A stretch of DNA of 64,000 nucleotides, from the NCBI RefSeq assembly GCF_006345805.1, contig NC_043000.1, positions 26,970,001 to 27,034,000 of the forward strand, given 5' to 3'. The translations under genes and the position numbers were made by a program. Below the pieces are notes generated by a model that was not told the origin of the DNA, ran no database searches, and worked only from the letters and a program-made list of their open reading frames with translations. Positions 40,080-54,984 of this stretch are shown here, piece after piece (the first letter of the stretch is position 1; the number at the start of each line of letters is the position of its first letter). Source of the stretch: Octopus sinensis (Eukaryota).

Positions 40080-40535
40080 TGCGAGTTTCAGGGTTTCAGA
40101 CGATTGTGCAGATTCTTCTTGCTAGATGTGTTTGGGATGGCATGATGAAAACAGTAAGTATTGTGTAGAACCTGTTTGATTGTAGTGAATGTCTGTTTCA
40201 ATGTTTTTATGTCTTTTGATGAATAGTATATCCAAGAATGGCAGTTGAGTTTACCTGTATTCCATGGTGAAGTCTATTTTATGGTTTATGCTGTTGATTA
40301 GGTTTTTGAAATGTATAGGTTGTTCAAATGTGTTCATCCGAAAATTAGGTAGACATCTAGGTAACGTTCCAAGTTTTCTACTAGATATTTGTAGAAGTTC
40401 AAGCGATATTTTAATTTTGTTTGTTCATATATCTGGACCTTCATGTAAGTCAGAGCAACGTTTGTCAACATCGCTTTCCCAGATATTTGTAAATATTGCC
40501 GTTGAAGTCTAAAAGTTGTTTTCGAGGATGAATAT
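40080..40535 (-). mobile_element. Degraded PLE reverse transcriptase core
   Basis: FILENNF, RYLDVYLIF (degenerate YLDD), IDFTMEY, LPFLDIL, IETDIHY, QYLLFSSCHPKH. Confidence 0.85.
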
Positions 40536-40575
40536 TAATCCTTCAGTGATGAAACTGTTTTCAACTCTGTCTGAA

Positions 40576-40637
<62 letters not shown>

Positions 40638-41890
40638 TGTGTGTGTGTGTATAGTTATCCGCAAGGAAAGAAAACATGCACATTCAATATGAGTAAAAAC
40701 GTGATGATATTTATGCATATCGTCGTGAGATATATTCTAGTTATAGAGTTGAACACATCAGAATGTTACCGCTGGTTTCGTGTCTATTATTGCACTTAAG
40801 AATATTGACATGCTGGCACAGAATAGCCTCCTTATGTAGATCGAGTTGGGCTTGGACGGTGTTAAAAGTGCAAGAACAAAGCATACAACAATTATACCCA
40901 TGAGTGATTATTAGTATTAACATTTTCCTCCATGGTAGAAGTGTGTCAGTTCTGCGTACATATACATGATGTCCTTTCTTAGTCCTTAAATATGCTTGAC
41001 CTTACTAGCAAAGCAAATTTCTGCTCATCGGGGCAGAATCAGAATATTTCGCTGTAGGAAATCAAGAAATCGCCCGAGTGAGGTGAAATTTTTTGAATGT
41101 TTTCCTTAAGTTGATTTTGTACAACGTTGTTTCATATTTTATTCACCATATTTAGTTGGCTAACGCTGTAAACATTTCACCTTTCCTGGATTGGATTCTA
41201 AGGCTGAATAATAGAGGATCCACATTTTATGCCTATGAAAGAAGCACCCTCTATACAAAATTTTTTAGATTCAGTTAATGGACGGTTACTATTATTTCAA
41301 AGAAAGAACAACAGCAGCAGCAACAACAATAATAACAGCGCCAACAACACAACAACAGTATTAAATAAAATAAAAATCAATTAGAAAATATCGATATAAC
41401 AACAGACTACCTCGATACTAGATTTTATTACACGCTGTAGCTTATCATTTTTCTTACACATAGGCAAATGCGCATACCTATTCATTATAATGTACACACA
41501 CACACACACACACAAACTTACATAGTAAAACATATATACACAAACCTAACAAATATATATATACATACGTATATATTTGTAATTATACATATTCATGTAT
41601 ATACATTTATATTTATGTATATATATACACACGTGTTTAGATACATTAATATATATATATAAATATTATTTATTTGCTAAACTAAAATCAGAAACCAATT
41701 GGTCCAGGAAACTAGATGGTAAACTGTTATTATTTTTTCATTTCGTTCCTGTTGAATTTTATCCCTAATTTTGTGGTTATAGAACCTAGCTGTTCTTTCT
41801 AGCGTGTTAAGTCCCACGAGCGGATTCCTTATGTGTTTAAATGTACACTGCATTATATATATATATATGTATATGTGTGTGTATGTATAT

Positions 41891-41981
<91 letters not shown>

Positions 41982-41983
<2 letters not shown>

Positions 41984-42098
41984 CCTGCTCGCTTAGCCAG
42001 CGGAGTGGCGTCATTCGAAGGCTAAAACAATGCGAACGCATTGTGACCAGTGATGTGTAATACCATCTGATGGTCTGGTCGGTCACGTTATCACGTGA
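41982..42098 (+). repeat. Short dispersed repeat beside (TA)n; second copy at ~52345-52460
   Basis: Shared tcattcga..gctaaaac.atg.gaa.gcattgtgaccag.gatgt. Confidence 0.7.
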
Positions 42099-42886
42099 TA
42101 TATATATATACATATCCATTAGTGCATATGTACATATGTGTATGCTATATATGTATATGTATGTGTTTGTGTTAGGTAGGTAGTTGTTTCGTACTTTTAC
42201 TGCAGCGGGGTTTTTTTCCTCATGGCCTTTATATGTTTGATACTATTCAGCCTGGACCTTTGTTAATATTTTTCTTTTCTAATACTCTTTAATTATTGTT
42301 GACTACTGAAAAGATACGTAACACAAAAGACCGTGGATTGCTTGTTGCGCTACTCATATGAAATTTTCTTTTTTTCCCATTTCCATATTTGTGTTTGCAT
42401 GCTTATATATGCATATGTGTGTATGTGTATATGTGTACGTCTGTGTGTGTGCGTGTAAGTATTCATGTGTGCATCATTTTGGGTTCTTACTTGAAAGGAA
42501 ATTCAGAAATCGCAAATTTGGGGAGTATATTACAAAATTATTTTCGAATCTGATATTATGTTACACCTAACGCCGTGGATATTATGGATGTCCCTTCATC
42601 ACAGACACGATGTGAGAAGGTTAAATTGAGGAAATGCTTGAGCTCGAATTATCATGGAAAAGGAGGAGAGAGGGAATATAGAAGGAAATTATAGAATGAA
42701 ATAAGATATATAAGCATATTGTTGTTGCAGTTCCATTATTCGAGGAAAATGGTGTATAGAAGTGGTAAAAAAAGGTTCCTGTTCATGGTATGTATGTTCC
42801 ACTAGCAGTTAATGTTTAGCCTGTATGGAGTCGTGGAATCTGTGTTGGACGTTCGAAAGGGTTTTGGGTCTTCTAGAGAACAATAC

Positions 42887-43100
<214 letters not shown>

Positions 43101-43289
43101 TGTGGATTACTTACTCTCCTTCACTTCGGCCTTCCACCTGGTTTTCACCTGGATTACACTGGCCTCTTCCGTTGATGAGAAATCGCTCCATTACACCACG
43201 ACGTGTGAAACTTTTGATCTTTTCTGAATATTTTTTTGTATTTTCTCCTTTTTCTTATTTTCGTTTCTTCTTACTCTGTTTTCTCTCAA

Positions 43290-43450
43290 TCCGGATTGCT
43301 AGCCACTAAACCTATTTTTTATTTTCTCTCTTTATTTATTTCTGTGTTCCTTCCTGTTGAAGAGCGTAGGTTCGAAATGTAAAATATTTTCTCTCATGTT
43401 TGTTGTTTACACACCCGTCTTCGTCTTTTGTTTTATTTTTTGTAAATTCC
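43290..43450 (+). repeat. Dispersed repeat with HHR-like motif (family of 36890-37078)
   Basis: ctgttga-a-gagc gtag gttc-gaaatgt at 43354-43380. Confidence 0.55.
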
Positions 43451-44024
43451 AACTATATATGTATATATATATAAATTTAAAACAGCTTGATTCGCCTCCT
43501 TGCGACTTAGTGGTTCGCGGGCCTCTAACAGAAGCCCATCTCTTTCAAGCACAGATTACCGAATTGAAAGACTGTTTTAAATAATACATGTAACTGCTAC
43601 TATATGTGTTGACTGCTCTTTTCTTTTGTTTGTCCTCTCACTTGTATGTGTGTGTGTGTGTGTTTTGTGTGTGTGTGTGTATGTGTGTGTGTGTGTGTTG
43701 TCTGTGTGTGAATTTATATAATGTGCGTATATAAGTCTGTAATTGTCCACTTAGAAGTTATGTACGATCGTCTACACGCGCATTTAAGTGTGGTTTCATT
43801 AAAAATTAAAAGAGTATTGTCACATTTGAGTGCTAGGTGTGTGCACAGTTAATGATATTTTAATCGCTTAGTCGGACAGACAAAGCAGAACGTAGAGGAG
43901 AAAAACGCCTTTGAGAATGGTTTTCGTACGGAGGAAGTTACTCGTAAACCAGATCCGACGGATTAACTCTAAGTAGAAAATCACAGACCTACAGCCGCAC
44001 ACATTATATATTATTTTATTCTTC

Positions 44025-44110
44025 TACTTGTTTCAGTCACTTGACTGCGGCCATGCTGGAGCACTGCCTTGAAGTGTTTTAGTCGAACAAATGGACATCA
44101 GGACTTATTT
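44025..44110 (-). mobile_element. 3' fragment of CORE-like SINE
   Basis: tacttgtttcagtcacttgactgcggccatgctggagcac. Confidence 0.75.
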
Positions 44111-44710
44111 CTATTGCAGAAGAGTCTCATTAATGCTTCCAGAAGCGACAAAAATATTGATTTTTCATGGTAACAAGGATATAGAAAGGAAATTTGCCCA
44201 TTATCTATAAATGACCATATTCTCCTGCTGAACCTTTAGTGCGTGCAGTGTGTTCTGTTCAGCTGGCGACGTAATCCGTTGAAAGAGCTACGTTCTGTAG
44301 GCAACAACTTGTGTAGAATTGTTATTTGTTATCTCTGTTTCAGTAATGATGTTGATATATAGCATCTTAATCATGGTTTGTTGGGTGAAAATGCATTCAA
44401 TTAATTCCTCTGTCAAGTTAAATTGTGCGGTCGATATCCTGTCTCCACAATGCCAGAAAATATATAAACTTTTCCAGAATTCATTCACAACTTAAGTAAC
44501 TTTATGTATTTATCCTATGGTTCAATAGAAGTGTACATCATTACACCTACGACTGGTTTGACAAGTAAACCTTTCTAAGATGAGAAATACGGCAAATCTG
44601 AGGACAGAGAACTCATAATGAAGCATAATATGCTATTCTTGATCGTCGTAGGAAGTGTGCCAGGACTACACGTTTCACAAACATTTACATGCCAGTCTTC
44701 ACAATAACAT

Positions 44711-45130
44711 ACCTATTTCTTTACTACCCACAAGGGGGTAAACACAGAGAGTACAAATAAGGACAGACAGACGGATCAAGTCGAGTATATCGACTCCAGT
44801 GCGGAACTGGTCCTTAATTTATCGACCTCGAAAGGATGAAAGGCAAAGTCGACCACGGCGGAATTTGAACTCAGAACATAACGACAGACGAAATACCTAT
44901 TTCTTTACTACTCACAAGGGGCTAAACACAGAGAGGACAAACAAGGACAGACAAAGGGATTAAGTTGATTATATCGACCCAAGTGCGTAACTGGTACTTA
45001 TTTGATCGACCCCGAAAGGCTGAAAGGCAAAGTCGACCTTGGCGGAATTTGAACTCAGAACGTAGCGGCAGACGAAATACCGTGAGGCGTTTCGCCTGGC
45101 GTGCTAACGTTTCTACTAGTTCGCTGCCTT
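44711..45130 (-). mobile_element. Nin-domain-like SINE tandem dimer
   Basis: Two consecutive bodies joined at gacgaaatacctatttctttac (~44890). Confidence 0.9.
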
Positions 45131-45380
45131 ACCGTGCTCATGCTGTTTATTGCGATCAACTGCATTTTTATTATTCAAATCAGAAATAATTCTTTACCAA
45201 AATCTGAAATCAAAAAAGGCCGAGAGTGGCGTTTATTAAATGATACATATCCATTGGATTACATAATTGATGACGACAGTGATTTGTTTTAACATCAGGA
45301 TACAACTCATGATTCATAAACTGAGATCAGTGCCTTTACCTAATTAACGATCAAATTATTAATAATATTTAAAATTATTA

Positions 45381-45592
45381 AGGTGGTGACCTCGTAGAAT
45401 TGTAAGCGCGCCGGGGAAAACGCTTTAACGGTATTTCGTCCATTTTGAGTTCTGAACTCAAATTCTGCCGAGGTTGAATTGCCTTTCGTCATTTTGTGGT
45501 CGATGAAATTAGTAACAGTTAAACTCTGGGATCAATTTAATCGACTTACTTCGTCCTCCCAAATTGCTGGTCTTGGGACAAAATTTGAAAGC
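45381..45592 (+). mobile_element. Nin-domain-like SINE with 14-bp TSD
   Basis: aatatttaaaatta on both flanks (45364-45377 and 45593-45606). Confidence 0.85.
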
Positions 45593-45603
45593 AATATTTA
45601 AAA

Positions 45604-45964
45604 TTACTAGCAGTATCGCCCGGCGTTGCTCAGGTTTGTTTCAACCCTTTAGAATTGGAATTTTTGAAAAGTAAAAATTTTGCATTATGTAGTTTGTTTA
45701 ATCTCTTTAAGTGAACATTTTTCTGGTTGAAATTACACCGAAAAATGGAGACACAGCAGTCAAAAAATCGTAAAACGTAGGGATTTTCATGGAAAAAAAG
45801 CACCTTTTTGATGTAAATAATTTGAATTTTTTCTTTTACGGAAGGAACAGCAAGCCTTGTAACATACTCTCAATTTTGGTCAACTTTTTGGTCTCGGAGA
45901 AGAGTGTTAGTTGAAGGCTACCAAACCAGCCATACACAGACAACTTCAGCTTTATATATATAGA
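45604..45964 (+). mobile_element. Non-autonomous Helitron-like (Lep1-style) element
   Basis: 5' tactagcagtatcgcccggcgttgctc and 3' acagacaacttcagctttatatatatagat resemble recalled Lep1-like termini. Confidence 0.45.
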
Positions 45965-48030
45965 TTTATCCGTATTACATTGTTTGATGGCATAAAGGAC
46001 GCACAGCCATATTAAATGCACTCTGACTTCAGCAGCGCATATTGAGAAGAGAAAAAGGGTTTACTTCATTAAAGACCCAACTTCGCATATAGGACCTTGG
46101 ATGGCTTTTGGGTCTATTTTGTTGGGAAAAATATGTGCAACTTAAATATATTCAAATACAGAACTCAATATAACAAAAAAAATTATTACCCAAAGAAAAA
46201 TATTTCTATACAAGTGTTTATTACATCACGTCAGCCATATTGTCATTATATGCTATTAAAATAGTTTTTACAAGCCTTCTGTCATAGAAAACTAAAAAAA
46301 GAAAAACATACATCAACTTGAATTACTTAATTATTTCATTGAATCGTTAAGTTTTTATTTCAGTCATTTCTCAACTCTGTAAACACTTATGTAGAACGAT
46401 TTGAAATGAAATAAGTAAATCTTATATTTACATTAATATTTGAAACCATCTTTTATAATATTTCAATTGCGCTATTCAATATCTACTCGTCCATTTATTA
46501 CTTTCTCAGGAAATTATATTTTGTTCAAATTTTCCCTATTTAATAGCTTCCAATAGATATAACTTTTATATATATTCATACTTATTCAGATACATTTATA
46601 TTTCCTCCATATAAAACACGACGTTTAAATTTTTTTATATAGTATTTTAAAAGAAAGTACATTTATTCTGTGTATTTCTTTATTATCTGGTATTATCTTC
46701 TCTCTTTATTTCATTATCAATCTCTCCAGGTATCTTTTTACCCATTTCTCTTTGTCAAAACGCACACGCGTGTGCGTGTTTGCATGTGTGAGTGTATATA
46801 TATATATACTTTCTCTATTATATATATGTGTGTATATGATATATATATATATATAATATATATATATAATATATATATATATAATATATATATATTATGT
46901 ATATATATATATTATGTATATATATATATGTATGTATATATACATATATAATATATATATGTGTGTATATAATATATATATATAGTTTATATACACACAC
47001 ATATACTCTTTTGTCATGTTTTCTCTCAATTTCCTTATTGCATTACGGTTTTTTTCTATTCAACATTCACTTCTGATTACACGCTCACAGTTTATCTAAA
47101 CAATATGGAAGTCAAGTGTTGATCAATTAGCATTTGAAATAGCTCGCTAGGGGGAGCTACCGCACGTTATTGAACAAGCACAGATGATGTCAAGATGTGC
47201 GTGTAGACATATGCTGACTGATAGATTAGAGATAACAGGATCCTTCAGAATGCGATAAAAACCATGTTTATTCAACAAAGTAGGAATATGTCCCAGTTCA
47301 CAAAATATTCTTCGAATCAAACTACAAAAAGTATCTAAAAATATCTAAAATAGAAATACGATAAGATTGAATGCAAAAACGTTGCATAGAGACCTGATCA
47401 TTTATAACAATCGGTTAATGATAAGATTTAAAGATATATTGTGTGCTAATCGTATGGAAATGACCCTGGAGTAAACAAAATAGATTTAGCAAAAAGCATA
47501 TAAAACAGGGTTGAGATGGGTGTCCCGAAAGGCATATGAAAATCAAGAATATATTTAAATTTGTCTAAAGTTGTCCTTTATTTAGTGTTTATGTTGATAT
47601 TTTATTATTCATTTCTTGTAATTAAAGATATGCTGACATTGTTTCCATTGTAAAAAACTCAGCAATTAATGATAACAGTATTGCGAACACATGTTCAATC
47701 TAATTTCAAATGAAAGCAGGTCCGAACAAAAATAATGGAAATGTCGTTACTTGATGTCTACGCTAAAATTATGACATAATGATTTATTAAGTCGAACTTC
47801 TTCCAACACCTATGCGTACCCACATGTAATATAATCTGCTACTTGATTGAGGAAAGAAAACTTCGAATGACCCATCCTTGTTTTCTTTATATCGTCTATC
47901 TGGATGTTTTGTTGTCCCATTTTTGTATCACCTACCTGTCTGGATGTTTTGCGTTCTTTTCTCAATTTGTATTTTTCATAAATAATATATACATACATAC
48001 ACACGCACGCGCACCCCCTATATATGTATG

Positions 48031-48073
<43 letters not shown>

Positions 48074-48166
48074 TACAAAGTCAGGAACAATGAGAGGTGA
48101 ATATATCTATCTAAGCACTTGATATTTTTAGGATTACAGCCGTTTCGCATCCTTCATCATGTAATA

Positions 48167-48382
48167 ATTATTTCTACTCTAGGTACAAGGCCTTGGAAAT
48201 TTTGATGAAAGGGTCTAGTCGATTACGTCGATCCCAGTACATAACTGTACTTATTTCATCGACCCTGAAAGAATGAAAGGCAAAGTCGACCTGGCTGGAA
48301 CTTGAACTCAGAACATAGCGGCAGATGAAATACCGCTAAGCATTTCAGCCTGCGTGCTAACAATTCTGCCAGCTCTCCGCCT
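48167..48382 (-). mobile_element. Nin-domain-like SINE
   Basis: Reverse family match. Confidence 0.9.
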
Positions 48383-48399
48383 TCCTTATCATATAATAA

Positions 48400-48584
48400 T
48401 AATTTCACATGGTTCCGGGTTCAGTCCCACTACGAGGCACGTTGGGCAAGTGTGTTCTGCTATACAGCATCCCGCCGACCAGAGCCTTGTGTAGGTTTTC
48501 ATAGACGGAAACTGAAAGATACCCGTCGTATAATATATATATATATATTATATATATATATATATTATATATATATATTATATA

Positions 48585-48641
<57 letters not shown>

Positions 48642-48850
48642 TGTTCCCCCACCCTCGCCGCCATCGCTTGACAACCAATGCTGGTGTGTTTACGCCTCAG
48701 TAACTGACCAGTTCAGCCTGAGAGACCTATAGAACAATTACCAGGCTTACAAAGAATATGTTTTGGGGCCGATTTCTTCGACTGAAACTCTTTTAGTTGA
48801 TGCACCTTCATGCTAGCAGTCACAGGACTAAAACAAATAAATGAATAAAA
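48400..48850 (+). mobile_element. CORE-like SINE, 5'-truncated
   Basis: cacatggttccgggttcagtcccac..ttgggcaagtgt..gacggaaactgaaag. Confidence 0.85.
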
Positions 48851-48851
48851 A

Positions 48852-49191
48852 ACATGATCACTCAGAGAGCGCAAACCTCCGCGTAGGCCACACCAACGTT
48901 CTCTCATCGATTAGCCAGAGATGATTTTTGAAATGAGAATATTTGAAATAAACTCGGCTACTCTCATAAACTGAATAATAAAAAATGAATCCGACCACTC
49001 TCAAAAATGAAATAAAAAACCGGAAAAATAATCCAGAATCCCTGTTTGATATCACATCGATCCCAAAATCTAAGCAGTTCGTGCCAGTTACGAGGCCAAA
49101 CATCCCTGAAACATTCATCCAAAACCACCCAGCGGTTCTTAACAAACACGAGTGAAAACAATACCTCCGCCTTAGCGATGGCGGAGGTAAT
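48852..49191 (-). mobile_element. HINE/DINE-1-like (Helentron-associated) non-autonomous element
   Basis: Terminal hairpin tacctccgcc-ttagcgat-ggcggaggta (49162-49189), with partner gcggaggtttgcgctctctgagtg at the other end. Confidence 0.5.
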
Positions 49192-49214
49192 AGAAGAATA
49201 AATTCGCATGGATC

Positions 49215-49500
49215 ATAATTCTGCATCTTCTAGTGGGTTTGGACTCAGCATTAGTTTGGAGAAAACTGTTGTAATGTTTCAGCCAGCGCCAGGAAACCTT
49301 TATGTGAAAGCATCTATCGTAGTTGAAGGAACATTACAGTGATAGACAAGTTTGTCTACCCGGGAGCGATGGAGCCGTTGTTGCTTTTTCGATGATGAAA
49401 TGTATTTAACACTGATTCCTTCAAGCTCTTGAGTTTCGTGTCTCGTCCTAACATGGCATCACAAGTGGAACAACAGTTGCAAAATTTGCTGGGTATGATG
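49215..49500 (+). mobile_element. RTE-clade LINE RT fragment
   Basis: FGLSISLEKTVVMFQPAPG..DKFVYPG. Confidence 0.8.
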
Positions 49501-49748
49501 AATATGTCATAACTAGCCTGTATGTATGAATCTATGTATGGACTTGTACACACACTCACAAACACGCCCACACACAAACACTCACATGCACACACATAAA
49601 CACATACACACACATACACACACATACACACACATACACACACACACATATACACATATATATTTCGATGCTTTAGATCTTATGTTCTTGCCTCTCACGT
49701 CTCCTGGGTTATAATGATTAGTGTATACAGACAGACATATACACACAT

Positions 49749-49789
<41 letters not shown>

Positions 49790-50819
49790 TGATAGATGAT
49801 TTTCCTTTCAAGAGCTCTGTAACAAATTAAAAAGGTAGATGATAAATGCTCAAGGTTTTCTGTTTAGGTTTGATGAAACTAATTATCTTCGTAATTAAGT
49901 TTTTCAGCAAGCGATCTTGCTTCATCATTTTGTTTTGTTTTTACAAAACCGCTGCTCAGTTATCGATTTTTCAATTGGTTAACCCCTGATCTGAAAGAAA
50001 TGTTGTGGTTCTGAAAGAAATGTGTGATGTATCATTACAAATAACCATTTATTTTACCACTAAGTGAGAATAAAAACTCATGTCAAAATGAGAGATGAAT
50101 AGACCTCTTAATCTTTTCATACATCTTCCTGTGATATACCCGGGCTCATCGTCAGTGATGTTTCCGGCGGTCATTAAATGCTTTGGGCCTTTCAAAACCA
50201 GACATCCTGACCCAGGAAACCCACTCGGTATTTAGCAAGCCCCAGTTCGCATTAAGATTAACAATACTGCTCCTTGTAAGGTTCTCTCCTCCTGACCCAC
50301 AGCCATCTTCTAGCGATTTCTGCTCTTTCTATAGCTAACATTAATCACTTTCTTCTCTATTTACCCCGGTCATGCTGAGCACATTATAAACTCAGCAGAG
50401 TGACTGAATTGCAAACCTTCAGCATCCCACATCGATGGGATCACAATATTCTTGCCACCCATTGCTTTGCTAAGACAGGAATACAGAAAAAAATGTCGTC
50501 AATAGATGAAGTTCCGACCGGATGGAAGAGAAATACAAATATAAATGGAATGAAAAAAAATCCCGGAAAAATCTTGACAATATTTAATGATGCTTTAACT
50601 AAGGTCTGATTGCCAGACTAATTTCTCTCTATTTTAGTTAATCATTCAATTCTATTGATCTCTTCCTAATTCATATGATGGACAGTTTTTTTTTTAATTT
50701 GATCTCCGTTTTAAGCAATTCCGATGGCTTCATTAGAAGATGTATTCAAAAAAATTGCATTGTCTTTTTTAAAATTATTTTAATTAGATTTCTTTGTTAT
50801 TGATTTGCTTCAAAGAATC

Positions 50820-50862
50820 GCTACTACTACTACTACTGCTGCTGCTACTACTACTACCACTG

Positions 50863-50915
<53 letters not shown>

Positions 50916-51065
50916 GATAACAACAATAACAATAATAATAGCAATAATAATAGCAATAATAACAATGACAATAATAATAATAACAATACTACTACTGCTG
51001 CTGCTACTACTACTACTACTACTGCTGTTGTTATAATAATAATAATAATAATAATAATGATGATG

Positions 51066-51125
<60 letters not shown>

Positions 51126-51140
51126 GTAATTATAATAAGA
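50820..51140. repeat. Compound (ACT)n/(AAC)n/(AAT)n trinucleotide repeat
   Basis: Directly visible. Confidence 0.95.
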
Positions 51141-52489
51141 AGATGAGCAACAAGAACAAAAACAACAATAATAATTTCTAAGTTAGGCACAGAACAACAG
51201 CAATAATAATATTATTTACAATAAAAAAATATCACCAGCCAAGAAAACTATACTCCTTCCCCTCCTCCTCCTAATCATCATAATCATCATGATCATCGTC
51301 ATGGTCGTCTTCAATAAATGCTTATAGCTGTATATTCCACATTAACACAATAGTATTACAGTTCTTATTGGCGTTGTTGCCGTCCGTTATCGACCACCAC
51401 CGCTGCTGCCGCCGCCACCACCAACAATACCACGACCACCACCACCACCATCGTCATCATCAGTAGATTTCGTAGAAGTAATATGCAGATTTTCTTTTTT
51501 CTCTCTAAATATAGTATAACATCTGAATTAATGAACAATTGATATATTTAATGTTTCGAGACTTTGTTCAATAATTAACATCTATCTACTTTCTTCATAT
51601 TAATCAATCAATTGTTGCACACACAAAAAAAAACAAAAAACAAAAACAACAACAAGATATAACAAAAACAAGAAAAATGAAACAAAATATAAAAATAAAC
51701 AAACAAACAAACAAACAATCCTTATCAATAAAGTAATCAAGCACTGAGTGATTCACCTCTTACAAAAGTACACCAGAATTCTAATTGATGCATTTCAGTT
51801 ACGGAAGAAAGAAGAGAGGAGAATTTATAGATAGATTAAGGATAAATAATGTAGCATGTGAGTGTAGTCGTATCGTTTACAATTCATCAGAGAGTTGAGA
51901 GTAAAAAAATCAAATACAGTATTTTGTATCTCATACATGTTGTTACTGTTGTAGTAGTTTAGGCCCTTAAAGTTAATTTGGCACCCCCATAATCGAATAA
52001 GTTAAACCCTTGTTTAATCAACTTCAATGTTTAATGTAACCGACATATAGTTTTTGCAAGATAAATCACGTTTGTTTGTATTGCCGTCAAGCTCTGAGGT
52101 GCGATTTGAGGGTTAATGACTGTCTATTTCTAGCAACAGAATTGACCATATATATGGAGCTTATACAGTAATATTTCACCATATCGCTGTTCACCTATCG
52201 CGGTTTATTATTTGAGATTACGTCGATTCATCTGTGGTGTTGTTCTGCGGCGCTTCGTGTTCTTGAACAAAAGTTTCATTTTAAATCACCCCAGCCCACG
52301 CAGCTGCAAATGGCTAACCCTGCCACGGACTAATTTTCTGATCAAGGATAACGCTGGCCTGCATGCCCAGCCAACAAGGTGTCATCATTCGATAGCTAAA
52401 ACGATGTGAAACGCATTGTGACCAGCGATGTATAACACTGTCCGGTAGCCTTATCGATCACACACGTACACAAACGCACGCGCACACAC

Positions 52490-52506
52490 ATATGTATGTA
52501 ATATAT

Positions 52507-52541
<35 letters not shown>

Positions 52542-52660
52542 GAATATATACACACACACATATATATACATATATATGAATATATATGTGTATATATTAT
52601 ATATGTATGCGTATATATATCTGTGTATAATATATATGTATATAAACATACATATATATG

Positions 52661-52694
<34 letters not shown>

Positions 52695-53300
52695 ATATAA
52701 TATATATATATATATATGCGTATATATGTATGTGTACATATGTATATATATATATGTTTGTGTATGTATATATATATATATATATTATATATATATATAT
52801 ATGCGTATATATGTATGTGTACATATGTATATATATATATATATATATGCGTATATATGTATGTGTACATATGTATATATATATATATGAATATATACAC
52901 ACACACATATATATACATATATATGAATATATACACACACATATATATACATATATATGAATATATATGTGTATATATTATATATGTATGCGTATATATA
53001 TCTGTGTATAATATATATGTATATAAACATACATATATATGTATATATATATATATAATATATATATATATATATTATATATATATATATATATATATGC
53101 GTATATATGTATGTGTACATATGTATATATATATATGTTTGTGTATGTATATATATATATATATATTATATATATATATATATGCGTATATATGTATGTG
53201 TACATATGTATATATATATATATATATATTTCTATATATATGGATATATGTGTTCATATATGTACATATATACACACATATATATGTATGCTCACATATA
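52490..53300. repeat. Long AT-rich compound microsatellite with an internal ~380-bp tandem duplication
   Basis: Block starting tgaatatatacacac..ctgtgtataa..aaacataca recurs at ~52540 and ~52920. Confidence 0.9.
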
Positions 53301-54984
53301 TATGCATGAATATGTATTTATGTATCTATACACAACACACTCACAGACATACGCATATACACACACATGTCGTCTGCTCTTATTTCTCATTTGCACTATG
53401 TCTTTTCTGTCTTCCTTTCCTCTTTGTTACGACAATACTTTTGGTGGCTGAGGTGACGGAACCTTCTATAAGACATACGTCTGCCAAGGTTGTATGAGAG
53501 GGAGAGTCAAAGCCAATCTGTTACAGAATTCGTGGATATTTAGTCTTTGTGGTTTTTCTCTTTATTTCTGTGATATTCCTATCCAAACAGAGCTGAAGCA
53601 GGCGATGATGTTTGACGCCAGTGTTTGTGATCTACAGTTTCCGGTTAATATTGGTTTCATAGTAACTTTGTAGAAATTTTCGTTAGTTCACAGACGGCCT
53701 GGTTGGTGTCTTTACCGATATTAATTCTACTAGAAAGATCTGGCGTGATAGCCTGGTGTCACTCATACGTCATAACACATATAACACATGGACGGTCTCA
53801 TGTTATTCACTAGACGCCATTCTTATAAATTTGTCGATTTTTTTAATAGATTTAAAGTCACACACATTAATGGGAAATATGGTTATATGGTTAATTCTTG
53901 ATGAAAGCAACGAAGCGAGATGGGATAAGATACTATGTTGGGTATGCTTTTGCTGTTCGTCTATCGAATTATCTGTGTATCAGGATTACCTTGTTAGGAT
54001 TAAAGGTGTACTTAAAATTAAATAATGATTCATATATGATTTTGTGACTGAAGACAAACGAACGTGTATATACCCGTGTGATACAATCAGCAAACCCGTT
54101 GCCCAGCGGTAATGCAACAGATGAGTATTTCATGTGCTGGTGCTTGGCTCGTAGTTTCGATTTAATCCAAGCTAGTATTCATATGACAGTAAGATTTAAT
54201 TTTCCACACTCTCAGTTTCTATTCCTTTCTCTCTCTTTCACTCACTTTTTCTCTTTCCGTCTTTCTTTCTTTGTTTCTTTCTCTCTCTCTTTCTGCCTCT
54301 CAATTATCTGAAGTAACCAAATTAAACGCTTCTAACATTACCCATCGTACGTTGCATGTATGACAATTGTGCGCAAAAACTCACGCTGCCTTCTTAACAA
54401 GAACGGACATTAAACATATCAATATTCATTTCCACTGTATATATCACCATTAACATAAGGACAAAATGATTTAGTGTGTCAACTATAAATATCGGTCACG
54501 TCGATCGCCTACGATACAGTTAAGAACCACAAGACCAACTACCTCTGCTAATTGGGACCGATTCACTAGTATATTCTAGAAGTTATTAATCACTTGATTT
54601 GATATATGACGAGTTGAGAGCAAAGCATTTTACTGTGACAACAACATTAAGTGACACCGTCATAATACATTGAAAAATGTATTATGCGGATTTGATATGA
54701 GCCTCCCCAATCTAACCCCTTTCATTGAAAATCTGCTATTTCAAAAGAGAACTCGCTGCATTCACTGAACTGTTCGAAAAGATATTAATCGGAAGTTACT
54801 GGTGTTCAAGAATAGATTCAGCTTCATTAAATTAAGTGTGACATTTTGCTCAATATCTGAGAAGGAAAATTCAGATGAGTTCATTTGTAAAATATACTTT
54901 GTCATCAAGGGGAATTTGTCATCAGGGGGAATTTGTCCTATGGGGGTAATTGTGCTTATACTACCAATATATACCTCAGACTGA

